Positions 15,801 to 28,527 of a DNA stretch of 64,000 bases are shown here, in pieces. The stretch is from Dendrobates tinctorius (taxonomy: Eukaryota): the NCBI RefSeq assembly GCF_039654945.1, contig NW_027361695.1, positions 6,696,001 through 6,760,000 on the forward strand. Reading direction: 5' to 3'. Below the pieces are notes generated by a model. That model saw only the letters and a list, made by a program, of their open reading frames with translations, was not told the DNA's origin and did not search any database. A program made the translations under genes and the position numbers. Position 1 is the stretch's first letter. Each line of letters starts with the position of its first letter.

Positions 15801-18800
15801 TCGACACGATACCAGAACGGAGCTTACAACATAGACATGATACCAGAACGGAGCTTACTACATAGACATGATACCAGAACGGAGCTTACTACATAGACAT
15901 GATACCAGAACGGAGCTTACTACATAGACACGATACCAGAACGGAGCTTACTACATCGACATGATACCAGAACGGAGATAACTACATCGACATGATACCA
16001 GAACGGAGGTTACTACATCGACATGATACCAGAACGGAGCTTACTACATCGACATGATACCAGAACGGAGCTTACTACATCGACATGATACCAGAACGGA
16101 GCTTACTACATTGACATGATACCAGAACGGAGCTTACAACATAGACATGATACCAGAACGGAGCTTACTACATAGACATGATACCAGAACGGAGCTTACT
16201 ACATAGACATGATACCAGAACGGAGCTTACTACATCGACATGATACCAGAACGGAGCTTACTACATCGACATGATACCAGAACGGAGCTTACTACATCGA
16301 CATGATACCAGAACGGAGCTTACAACATAGACATAATACCAGAACGGAGCTTACTACATCGACACGATACCAGAACGGAGCTTACAACATAGACATGATA
16401 CCAGAACGGAGCTTACTACATAGACATGATACCAGAACGGAGCTTACTACATAGACATGATACCAGAACGGAGCTTACTACATAGACACGATACCAGAAC
16501 GGAGCTTACTACATCGACACGATATCAGAACGGAGCTTACTACATAGACACGATACCAGAACGGAGCTTACTACATAGACATGATACCAGAACGGAGCTT
16601 ACTACATCGACACGATATCAGAACGGAGCTTACAACATCGACATAATACCAGAACGGAGGTTACAACATAGACATGATACCAGAACGGAGCTTACTACAT
16701 AGACACGATACCAGAACGGAGCTTACTACATCGACATGATACCAGAACGGAGCTTACTACATCGACATGATACCAGAACGGAGATTACTACATCGACATG
16801 ATACCAGAACGGAGCTTACTACATAGAAATGATACCAGAACGGAGCTTACTACATCGACATGATACCAGAACGGAGCTTACTACATCGACATGATACCAG
16901 AACGGAGCTTACTACATCGACATGATACCAGAACGGAGCTTACTACATAGAAATGATACCAGAACGGAGCTTACTACATCGACATGATACCAGAACGGAG
17001 CTTACTACATCGACATGATACCAGAACGAAGCTTACTACATGGACATGATACCAGAACGAAGCTTACTACATCGACACGATACCAGAACGGAGCTTACTA
17101 CATCGACATGATACCAGAACGGAGCTTACTACATCGACACGATACCAGAACGGAGTTTACTACATAGACACGATACCAGAAGGGAGCTTACAACATAGAC
17201 ATGATACCAGAACGGAGGTTACTACATCGACATGATACCAGAACGGAGCTTACAACATAGACATGATACCAGAACGGAGCTTACTACATCGACATGATAC
17301 CAGAACGGACCTTACTACATCGACACGATACCAGAACGGAGCTTACTACATCGACACGATACCAGAACGGAGCTTACTACATAGACACGATACCAGAACG
17401 GAGCTTACTACATCGACATGATACCAGAACGGAGCTTACTACATCGACATGATACCAGAACGGAGCTTACTACATAGACATGATACCAGAACGGAGCTTA
17501 CTACATCGACATGATACCAGAACGGAGCTTACTACATCGACATGATACCAGAACGGAGCTTACTACATAGACATGATACCAGAACGGAGCTTACTACATA
17601 GACATGATACCAGAACGGAGCTTACTACATAGACATGATACCAGAACGGAGCTTACTACATCGACATGATACCAGAACGGACCTTACTACATCGACATGA
17701 TACCAGAACGGAGCTTACTACATAGACATGATACCAGAACGGAGCTTACTACATCGACATGATACCAGAACGGAGCTTACTACATAGACATGATACCAGA
17801 ACGGAGCTTACTACATCGACATGATACCAGAACGGAGCTTACTACATCGACATGATACCAGAACGGAGCTTACTACATCGACATGATACCAGAACGAAGC
17901 TTACTACATGGACACGATACCAGAACGAAGCTTACTACATCGACACGATACCAGAACGGAGCTTACTACATAGACATGATACCAGAACGGAGCTTACTAC
18001 ATCGACATGATACCAGAACGGAGCTTACTACATCGACATGATACCAGAACGGAGCTTACTACATCGACATGATACCAGAACGGAGCTTACTACATAGAAA
18101 TGATACCAGAACGGAGCTTACTACATCGACATGATACCAGAACGGAGCTTACTACATCGACATGATACCAGAACGGAGCTTACTACATCGACATGATACC
18201 AGAACGGAGCTTACTACATAGAAATGATACCAGAACGGAGCTTACTACATCGACATGATACCAGAACGGAGCTTACTACATCGACATGATACCAGAACGG
18301 AGATAACTACATCGACATGATACCAGAACGGAGCTTACTACATAGACATGATACCAGATCGGAGGTTACTACATCGACATGATACCAGAACGGAGCTTAC
18401 TACATCGACATGATACCAGAACGGAGCTTACTACATCGACATGATACCAGAACGGAGCTTACTACATCGACATGATACCAGAACGGAGCTTACTACATCG
18501 ACATGATACCAGAACGGAGCTTACAACATAGACATGATACCAGAACGGAGCTTACTACATAGATATGATACCAGAACGGAGCTTACTACATAGACATGAT
18601 ACCAGAACGGAGCTTACTACATCGACATGATACCAGAACGGAGCTTACTACATCGACATGATACCAGAACGGAGCTTACTACATCGACATGATACCAGAA
18701 CGGAGCTTACTACATCGACACGATACCAGAACGGAGCTTACAACATAGACATGATACCAGAACGGAGCTTACTACATAGACATGATACCAGAACGGAGCT

Positions 18801-21800
18801 TACTACATCGACATGATACCAGAACGGAGCTTACTACATCGACATGATACCAGAACGGAGCTTACAACATAGACATAATACCAGAACGGAGCTTACTACA
18901 TCGACACGATACCAGAACGGAGCTTACAACATAGACATGATACCAGAACGGAGCTTACTACATAGACATGATACCAGAACGGAGCTTACTACATAGACAC
19001 GATACCAGAACGGAGCTTACTACATAGACACGATACCAGAACGGAGCTTACTACATCGACATGATACCAGAACGGAGATAACTACATCGACATGATACCA
19101 GAACGGAGGTTACTACATCGACATGATACCAGAACGGAGCTTACTACATCGACATGATACCAGAACGGAGCTTACTACATCGACATGATACCAGAACGGA
19201 GCTTACTACATCGACATGATACCAGAACGGAGCTTACAACATAGACATGATACCAGAACGGAGCTTACTACATAGACATGATACCAGAACGGAGCTTACT
19301 ACATAGACATGATACCAGAACGGAGCTTACTACATCGACATGATACCAGAACGGAGCTTACTACATCGACATGATACCAGAACGGAGCTTACTACATCGA
19401 CATGATACCAGAACGGAGCTTACAACATAGACACAATACCAGAACGGAGCTTACTACATCGACACGATACCAGAACGGAGCTTACAACATAGACATGATA
19501 CCAGAACGGAGCTTACTACATAGACATGATACCAGAACGGAGCTTACTACATAGACACGATACCAGAACGGAGCTTACTACATAGACACGATACCAGAAC
19601 GGAGCTTACTACATCGACACGATATCAGAACGGAGCTTACTACATAGACACGATACCAGAACGGAGCTTACTACATAGACACGATACCAGAACGGAGCTT
19701 ACTACATCGACACGATATCAGAACGGAGCTTACAACATCGACATAATACCAGAACGGAGGTTACAACATAGACACGATACCAGAACGGAGCTTACTACAT
19801 AGACACGATACCAGAACGGAGCTTACTACATCGACATGATACCAGAACGGAGCTTACTACATCGACATGATACCAGAACGGAGATTACTACATCGACATG
19901 ATACCAGAACGGAGCTTACTACATAGAAATGATACCAGAACGGAGCTTACTACATCGACATGATACCAGAACGGAGCTTACTACATCGACATGATACCAG
20001 AACGGAGCTTACTACATCGACATGATACCAGAACGGAGCTTACTACATAGAAATGATACCAGAACGGAGCTTACTACATCGACATGATACCAGAACGGAG
20101 CTTACTACATCGACATGATACCAGAACGGAGATAACTACATCGACATGATACCAGAACGGAGCTTACTACATAGACATGATACCAGAACGGAGGTTACTA
20201 CATCGACATGATACCAGAACGGAGCTTACTACATCGACATGATACCAGAACGGAGCTTACTACATCGACATGATACCAGAACGGAGCTTACTACATCGAC
20301 ATGATACCAGAACGGAGCTTACTACATCGACATGATACCAGAACGGAGCTTACAACATAGACATGATACCAGAACGGAGCTTACTACATAGACATGATAC
20401 CAGAACGGAGCTTACTACATAGACATGATACCAGAACGGAGCTTACTACATCGACATGATACCAGAACGGAGCTTACTACATCGACAGGATACCAGAACG
20501 GAGCTTACTACATCGACATGATACCAGAACGGAGCTTACTACATCGACACGATACCAGAACGGAGCTTACAACATAGACATGATACCAGAACGGAGCTTA
20601 CTACATAGACATGATACCAGAACGGAGCTTACTACATAGACATGATACCAGAACGGAGCTTACTACATCGACATGATACCAGAACGGAGCTTACTACATC
20701 GACATGATACCAGAACGGAGCTTACAACATAGACATAATACCAGAACGGAGCTTACTACATCGACACGATACCAGAACGGAGCTTACAACATAGACATGA
20801 TACCAGAACGGAGCTTACTACATAGACACGATACCAGAACGGAGCTTACTACATAGACATGATACCAGAACGGAGCTTACTACATAGACACGATACCAGA
20901 ACGGAGCTTACTACATCGACATGATACCAGAACGGAGCTTACTACATCGACATGATACCAGAACGGAGCTTACTACATCGACATGATACCAGAACGGAGC
21001 TTACTACATCGACATGATACCAGAACGGAGCTTACTACATCGACATGATACCAGAACGGAGCTTACTACATCGACATGATACCAGAACGGAGCTTACAAC
21101 ATAGACATGATACCAGAACGGAGCTTACTACATAGACATGATACCAGAACGGAGCTTACTACATAGACATGATACCAGAACGGAGCTTACTACATCGACA
21201 TGATACCAGAACGGAGCTTACTACATAGACATGATACCAGAACGGAGCTTACTACATAGACATGATACCAGAACGGAGCTTACTACATCGACATGATACC
21301 AGAACGGAGCTTACTACATCGACATGATACCAGAACGGAGCTTACTACATCGACACGATACCAGAACGGAGCTTACTACATCGACATGATACCAGAACGG
21401 AGCTTACTACATCGACACGATACCAGAACGGAGCTTACTACATAGACATGATACCAGAACGGAGCTTACTACATCGACACGATACCAGAACGGAGCTTAC
21501 TACATCGACATGATACCAGAACGGAGCTTACTACATCGACATGATACCAGAACGGAGCTTACTACATAGACACGATACCAGAACGGAGCTTACTACATAG
21601 ACACGATACCAGAACGGAGCTTACTACATCGACACGATATCAGAACGGAGCTTACTACATAGACATGATACCAGAACGGAGCTTACTACATAGACACGAT
21701 ACCAGAACGGAGCTTACTACATAGACACGATACCAGAACGGAGCTTACTACATAGACACGATACCAGAACGGAGCTTACTACATCGACATGATATCAGAA

Positions 21801-22253
21801 CGGAGCTTACTACATAGACATGATACCAGAACGGAGCTTACTACATCGACATGATATCAGAACGGAGCTTACTACATAGACACGATACCAGAACGGAGCT
21901 TACTACATAGACACGATACCAGAACGGAGCTTACTACATCGACATGATATCAGAACGGAGCTTACTACATAGACATGATACCAGAACGGAGCTTACTACA
22001 TAGACATGATACCAGAACGGAGCTTACTACATCGACACGATATCAGAACGGAGCTTACTACATAGACACGATACCAGAACGGAGCTTACTACATAGACAT
22101 GATACCAGAACGGAGCTTACTACATAGACATGATACCAGAACGGAGCTTACTACATAGACACGATACCAGAACGGAGCTTACTACATCGACATGATATCA
22201 GAACGGAGCTTACTACATAGACATGATACCAGAACGGAGCTTACTACATAGAT
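3849..22253 (+). repeat. 31-bp satellite, ~594 monomers, with higher-order structure
   Basis: Consensus GAACGGAGCTTACTACATCGACATGATACCA; register preserved from 3849 to 22201 (18352 = 592 x 31). Confidence 0.99.
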
Positions 22254-22269
22254 ACGATACTTACTACTT

Positions 22270-22392
22270 ACACGCAGAATGTAACTATGGCTTCTCCCCT
22301 GTAAATTTGATGCTGAAATAAAAATGTACATATCACACTTTCTGAACATAACTGTGGCTTCTTCCCTGTGTGAATTCCCTGATGTACATTTG
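22270..22392 (-). pseudogene. Decayed C2H2 zinc-finger gene fragment (two linker motifs)
   Basis: Minus strand reads HQGIHTGKKPQLCSES..., then after a frameshift ACA GGG GAG AAG CCA (TGEKP); resembles the HQRIHTGEKPxxCxEC finger-linker consensus. Confidence 0.65.
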
Positions 22393-22477
22393 ATTTCTTT
22401 GGAGTTGATTTGACAGAAACAAATTGTGAGCGAATAATTCATTGATTTTGAATGGAGCTTACAACATAGACATGATA

Positions 22478-22752
22478 CCAGAGGGGGCCACTACACAGCC
22501 CAGGCAGAGAGGGACCCACTACAAGGCCCTGGCAGAGGGGGGCCCACTACATGGCCCGGTAGAGGGGGGCCCACTACATGGCCCGGTAGAGGGGGGCCAA
22601 TACATGACCCAAGCAGAGGGGGGCACACTACACAGCCCAGGCAGAGGGGGGCCGCTACACAGCCCAAGTAGGGGGGGCACACTACAAGGCCCTGGCAGAG
22701 GGGGCCCGGCCCACTACACAGACCAGGCAGAGGGGGGCCCATTGCAAGGCCC
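22478..22752 (+). repeat. GC-rich ~27-30-bp degenerate tandem repeat inside the hAT element
   Basis: ~9-10 copies of a GCAGAGGGGGGCCCACTACA(C/T/A)(A/G)GCCC(A/G/T)G-like unit. Confidence 0.85.
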
Positions 22753-24624
22753 AGCGCAGCATTCCTCCAGAGTCCTCCTGTACATTGGTGGCAGTGTGGG
22801 TGGCACTGCACTTTTACTTACATTAATGCAGCAGCAGGCAGCAGCGCAGCGCTGGATCAGATCATGCAGACTCAGTCAGGCAGCCGAGGTGGTTCTGCAG
22901 AGGCAGCGCGCGTTCCCGGGCTGCACACAGACAACGCGGTCACGTGAGGAGGGACACCAGGGGTGGAGTCGGCGCTGCTTTCCTGCCCTGTGTGCTGTGC
23001 TGTGTGTGGCTGAGTCGAATGGCGGAGGCGGGTGCCGCACTGTACGGGCGGGCCAGGGGCCGGGCAGACGTGATCGGGGCGGCGCCGGAGCTGGATGATC
23101 TGATTCATCAGTGACTCAGTCACAACACAGGTACGACTCAAGCGACCAGTGACTGTGACCTGTGAGTGACAGTGACATTCGGGGGCGGGGCCCACCGAGG
23201 GATCCAACGATACCTCGGTGGGCCAGTCCGAGCCTGCATGGATGTGGCTATCTGATAATATCAAGATTCATGTAATATAGCTCCTGGATTGAGATGGAAG
23301 TTGATTGCCCCCTCCTGAAAGAAATGGCAGACCAAAGTTGATAAAAACAGAAGGACTACACTTTTCACGGAGACACAACAAGCTTGATGGTTGCAAATCT
23401 CACATTAGGCACAGGAGCTTGGTGGTTGCAGTTCTAGCCATGTGACACAACCTGAACAATCCTCAGTTTCCAATATGTATGACGTTCCCAAGCCTTTGTT
23501 AGCTTCACATGGACCTTAGGCTTATGGTCCCTCACACAGACCTGTAGATGGCATTTGCCTGACACCAGTTTGCATTAAACTTTGCAACACACTATCCACA
23601 TGCGACCAAAGGGGAGGTCAAGGTCACTGCTATTCAAGTCTCTATTTCGAGGAGACCTTCAATAATAACTCCCTTCTTACACGCTTCCACCACCCAACAA
23701 GCCGGAACCAGATAGACGAAACTATAGATCTCAGGGCATAACGTTTTCAGCTGCACAATGTTCATAAAGTCCTCCTATGATGATGTCCTTCACAGCCTCT
23801 CTGGAGTCCATCCTGGCCTAACCTGCCCTGCCTCTCTCCCAGGCTGATTCCTTCCCTGTTGACAACTCTCTTTGCCCACACTTTCTCCAGAAAATTTTCC
23901 TTCCACCCTCTTCCACCGCTAGACTAAACCATGCCCCAATTGGTAACGAATTTATAGGTCAGGTCTCCAAAGATCCTGACTTCAGTCTCTTGGTCTTGCT
24001 CCGCCATATCATAGTGTTAACTCTTAAACAGTAGGTTGTCCTAAAAAGTGCCATGTGATACACAGAACAGCGTCTATACAGGCCCCGCGTCACCGTCGCC
24101 CCTCCTACAAAGAACACTCCGCTTCATTCAACAGGCTTCAATATTCCCTGACTAACAAGTCCACACCGGCTCTAAGATCATCAGCACTCCTCTGATGGAC
24201 AGTCCCTAACTCTTCAAATAGGCCAATGCCAACCGCATGTCTCTTTTATGCCACGCACAAACACTCTGCCACCTTGGTGCCAAACCAGTCCCTTATTTCA
24301 TCTCCTCTCTACCTTGACCCAACGTGATGAAGCATTTAGGGGTCATGATGTACACTTCAATGTCAGAGTGCGGCTCCTCATGGGCCTGAACTCATGGTGG
24401 CACCTCCTTCTCTTAGTTGTCAATCAAGAAACTAATCAGTTATGGTGACAGGACATGCTGCCGAGTACTGGCAAACCATTATCCTGCTTATCCAGGAAAA
24501 AACAAAAATGCATAATGACATTTTACACCGAACAACACCATATACAAACAGTAACATACTGTATGTATTACATTTACATAGCAGATTCCAGACAAGAACA
24601 AACAAATGGTAAAGCAGTCTCATC

Positions 24625-24830
24625 CAGGGCCGCCATCAGGGCATGACAGCCCTTACTGCTGTATGGGGCCCGGTGAACAGCAGTACAGAAGGGGGGCCCG
24701 CATGTCAGGGGCCCCACTCCTGTGCTTCTAGTCGTTGGGCCCCAAGTAATGTGTGCTGCGGCCGCCGGCCGGGCCCTAAGTGCTGTGCGCTGTGGCGGCG
24801 CCTGGGGTGCGGCGCGCACAAATCAGAAGA
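24625..24830. mobile_element. Truncated hAT-like MITE end
   Basis: Begins CAGGGCCGCCATCAGG followed by GGGGCCC-rich subterminal sequence similar in style to the 3470 element; no matching right end or TSD found. Confidence 0.4.
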
Positions 24831-24965
24831 GTAGCAACAGCGGCCGACGTCAGACTCTCATCCCTCCAACAACTACAGTTTCCGGTAAGAATCACGTAGG
24901 GGAAATTTTACTATAGTCAGCATGCCTCTAAATTTGGAAATGTTCGTATCTAATTTTTTAAGTGT

Positions 24966-25356
24966 TTAAAATGGACCTGTCACAAAGTCAAAAGTGGCCA
25001 GTTTTTTCTTTTACTTTTTTTCTTTCTGGTCTCCTAAGTTTTCAATTTCCTTTTCCCTTTTTTTAATCCGCCATATGATTCCCGAGACACAGGTCTTTTT
25101 ATTTATTACTAATTGTGATGGTCTTTACCAGAGAGGCAGAGCTCACAGGGTGCAGAGAGTCCTCAGGACACACCCCTGAGGATTCCGTGAGCACCGCCCC
25201 CCTTGTAAAGACCATATAAGTTATCACTAAAGATAAAGGTCCATATCTCTGGATCCGTAGGGTGGATTTAAATAAAAAAAAAAAAGGATTTCTCAGGAGA
25301 GCATCAAATAAGAGAAAAAAATGGTCACTTTTGACCTGATGACAGGTCCTTTTTAA
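24966..25356. mobile_element. TTAA-flanked MITE (T2/Kolobok-like)
   Basis: TTAAAATGGACCTGTCACAAAGTCAAAAGTGGCCA ... TGGTCACTTTTGACCTGATGACAGGTCCTTTTTAA; imperfect inverted arms. Confidence 0.7.
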
Positions 25357-25884
25357 TCACTTTGCAGCTCATCCAGAAAGTGGGCGTGGCTTCTTGTTTA
25401 CAGAGGAACTTTGCTGGAATAGCCTAAAACATGCTCCAAAATGTGACAAAATGGAGACGCAAGTAAAGCGAACCCAGCGGTTTTCCAAAAATAAGCAAAT
25501 GTGTCTAAAAATGTGAAAATTTATTGCGAGGCATTTTTAGACAAGTCTAGGTTTGGGCTATCCATGGTCTTGTTGAGGAGTGCAACGTTTTTATTCCATC
25601 ACTTTTCGCCAGTGTGATGGATCTGATTTTATTCCGTTGTTTGGCCAAGTGTTCATCTGTTATCTCTGATCCGTAATCCAATGATCGGCGATGGTGAATG
25701 CAAGTGCGAGGCTGCATCCTTGTGCTTTTGCCTGTATCTATGTCGATAGCAATAATACGTCTCCTGCATAAGCCTCTTCACTTGTAGTGGCACTCCGGTG
25801 ACCGCGCAGAAAGCTCCATGAACCGGTCTATCCCTGGAACGCTCTAGAAAATGACCACTACGCATTACGCAATGACGAGGGGGA

Positions 25885-26000
25885 GAACCAGCTGTACTCA
25901 AATGTCAAAGCGTTTGCACAGCTGACACCAGTTGCTGAAAACAGGACATGGCAGCAGTGACATAAATTCTCTAGGAGGTCCTCCAGAGCTTAATATAGCA
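25885..26000 (+). promoter_or_regulatory. Putative LMOD3 muscle promoter: E-box cluster and AT-rich TATA/MEF2-like site
   Basis: CAGCTG 25889-25894, CAAATG 25899-25904, CAGCTG 25919-25924, CAGTTG 25929-25934, CTTAATATAG 25989-25998; 120-230 bp upstream of the ATG. Confidence 0.45.
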
Positions 26001-26119
26001 CCGGCCTCAGCCGAAGTGACCGTCGCTTCAGTCACTCATGGTGGCTTCCTCTTGGAGAACGCAACACGCTGCACCGTAACCGCCTGTATCTCTCGCCGTG
26101 TGGACCGTAAAAATTAACC

Positions 26120-26410
26120 ATGTCTCAGCACAGCCAAGACTCCGAGTTGGATGAACTGTTTGCAGATATTGACGAAGATGAGATTTTGGCCAATTTGTCT
26201 CCAGAAGAGCTAAAGGAGCTCCAGAGCGAAATGGAGGTCCTGGCACCAGATCCGAAAGTACCAGTGGGCATGATCCAAAGGGACCAGACGGAGAAAGCAC
26301 CCACTGGGCAATTTGACCACAGATCGCTCATCGATTATTTGCACTGGGAGAAGGAATCTAAACGGATGTTGGAGGAGGAAAGAGTTCCTGTTACGCTTCT
26401 GCCATCAGAG
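26120..26410 (+). CDS. LMOD3: Leiomodin-3, coding exon 1 (tropomyosin-binding N-terminus)
   Basis: MSQHSQDS...[23 protein letters not shown]...[18 protein letters not shown]...[10 protein letters not shown]; ACCATG start; GAG|GTAAGA donor, phase 0. Confidence 0.96.
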
Positions 26411-26450
26411 GTAAGATGGCACCGACTGGAAAAAAAAAATGTCACGCTAT

Positions 26451-26940
26451 AGGGTAAAAAAAAAGAAATAACAAAGGATAAACAAGGCAAAAGAAAAATA
26501 GGTAATAGAAAAATAAAGTAGCATAGGGTGAGAAAAAAGTCAAATTAGGGCTAAAGATAAAAAAAATCGAGGTTAAAGAGGGCAAAAGAAAAAAAGATAA
26601 AAGAAAAATAAAGTAGCATAGGGCGAGAAAAAAGTCAAATTAGGGCTAAAGATAAAAAAAATTATTAAGGGCTAAAAAAATGAAATAACGGTAAACAGGG
26701 CAAAAGAACAAAATATGTAAAAGAGAAGTAAACTAGCATGGGATGAGAAAAAAAGTCAAACTAGGGCTAAAGATTTAAAAAAAAAATCACTAAAGGGCTA
26801 AAAAAGAAATAGCACAGGGTAATAAAAGAAAAATAATGTAGCATAGGGTGAGAAAAAAGTCAAACTAGGGCTAAAGATATAAAAGAAGTCACTAAAGGGC
26901 TAAGAAAAAAAAAAACTAAAGAAAGGGCTAAAGAAACAAA
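26451..26940 (+). repeat. Degenerate A-rich tandem repeat in LMOD3 intron 1
   Basis: Four recurrences of TAGCATAGGGTGAGAAAAAAGTCAAA(T/C)TAGGGCTAAAGAT about 95-125 bp apart. Confidence 0.8.
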
Positions 26941-27739
26941 TTATACTATAAGACAAAAAAAAAAATCAAAATACTGCAGAAAATAAGTAAAATCAACGTT
27001 AAATCTAAAGTATCAAACTTTTTACAAAGTTGCAGTTGTGCCGATGATATAAGTTTCTGTGATGTATACGAAAGAAAGTCAAAAGACTGGAAGTTTGTGG
27101 GTTATTTTCCTTATTTTCCTCCAAAGTCCAAAAATTATCCTTTAATAATAATCCTTCCATCCCCTCTCTGTCACTTTCATGGAAGCCATGTCAGGTCATT
27201 GTCCATCTTTTCATTGCTAGAATCACTTCTCGGTACCGAGAAGATAAGTTCTAATCATCAGCCAGTTTTACTATAATCGATAAAAAGACATTAAAATCAA
27301 TATAATAAACATTCCGTATTTTTTTTTTTTTAAAGGAAGTAACTTATTTTCATTAATAGGTGCAGAAAATCTGCAGCATCAAAAACTCACCAAAAGCTCA
27401 ATGTGGAACATAAGGGAACCCCAATTATTAGGTCAGCTTCTTAGTGACGGATGTAGTTACTGCAACCGATATGGCATATTTCATTTACTGCCCTCACTAC
27501 TGAATGTTTTATGCTGAGACTTGTAGTCATTGGTGTCACATGATGAGTCTGTTATACGAATACCTGACATGTTATATGGCACGTATAGAGACAGTATAGT
27601 CAGAGCTGTCAGAATAGCAGCTGCTCACATGACCCTTCCAGCTGTCCGCTTTTACATTACTGCAATTCACCCAAGAGAATAAATGAGGATGGTAATTTCC
27701 CTTATTATTTTTACTTGCTTTCAGTTTATTTTTTTCTCA

Positions 27740-28527
27740 TGATAACACCTCTATATACAGTAAATAACAGGACCCGCCATTCATTATAGGTGATGTCACA
27801 GCTCACCTCCTCCTCCTGTACAATGACTGATAACACCTCTATATACAGTAGATAACACAGGATCCGCCATTTACAATAGGTGACATCACAGCTCACCTCC
27901 TCCTCCTCCTCCTGTACAATGACTGATATCACCTCTATATACAGTAGATAACACAGGATCCACCGTTCACAATAGGTAATGTCACAGCTCACCTCCTCCT
28001 GTACAATGACTGATAACACCTCTATGTACAGTAGATAACACAGGATCCATAATTTATTCACAATAGGTGATGTCACAGCTCACTTACTCCCCCTCCTGTA
28101 AAATGACTGATATAACACCTATATATACAGTACTTAACACAGGATCCACCACCCCCCTCCTCTACAATGACTCATAACACTTCTATATACAGTAGAAAAC
28201 ACAGGATCCACCATTCACAATAGGTGATGTCACAGCTCACCTCTTTCCCCTCCTGTACAATGACTGACAACACCTCTGTATACAGTACTTAACACAGGAT
28301 TCACCATTCACAATAGATGATGTCACAGCTCACCTCTTCCCCCTCCTGTACAATGAATGATAACACCTCTATATACAGTACTTAACACAGGATCCACCAT
28401 TCACAATTGATGATGTCACAGCTCACCTCCTCCTCCTGTACAATAACTGGTAACACCTCTATATACAGTAGATAACACAGGATCCACCATTCACAATAGC
28501 GGATGTCACAGCTCACCTCCTCCTCCT
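27740..28527 (+). repeat. ~90-bp minisatellite (~9 copies) in LMOD3 intron 1
   Basis: Unit ACACAGGATCCACCATTCACAATAGGTGATGTCACAGCTCACCTCCTCCTCCTGTACAATGACTGATAACACCTCTATATACAGTAGATA; a partial copy recurs near 61768-61793. Confidence 0.92.

Larger units (their letters stand above)
3470..23236. mobile_element. Giant non-autonomous hAT-like DNA transposon carrying a satellite array
   Basis: Left TIR CAGGGTCGGACTGG (3470-3483); right TIR CCAGTCCGAGCCTG (23223-23236, 13/14 match); perfect 8-bp TSD CATGGATG at 3462-3469 and 23237-23244; subterminal GGGCCCACC motifs at both ends; no transposase ORF. Confidence 0.9.

Noticed and set aside
4491-16702. 81-83 aa ORFs MIPERSLLHRHD...
   Set aside because: Chance stop-free stretches of the 31-bp satellite.
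3849-22253. CRISPR-like array (31-bp repeats)
   Set aside because: Monomers are directly adjacent with no unique spacers, there are no cas genes, and the context is a spliced vertebrate locus.
22442-23098. 218-aa ORF inside the hAT element as a possible transposase or cargo gene
   Set aside because: Starts at TTG, low-complexity translation of GC-rich repeats, no BED finger, DDE or dimerisation motifs.
25950-26000. Canonical CArG or MEF2 site in the LMOD3 promoter
   Set aside because: CTTAATATAG does not match CC(A/T)6GG or YTA(A/T)4TAR exactly; kept only as an AT-rich site.
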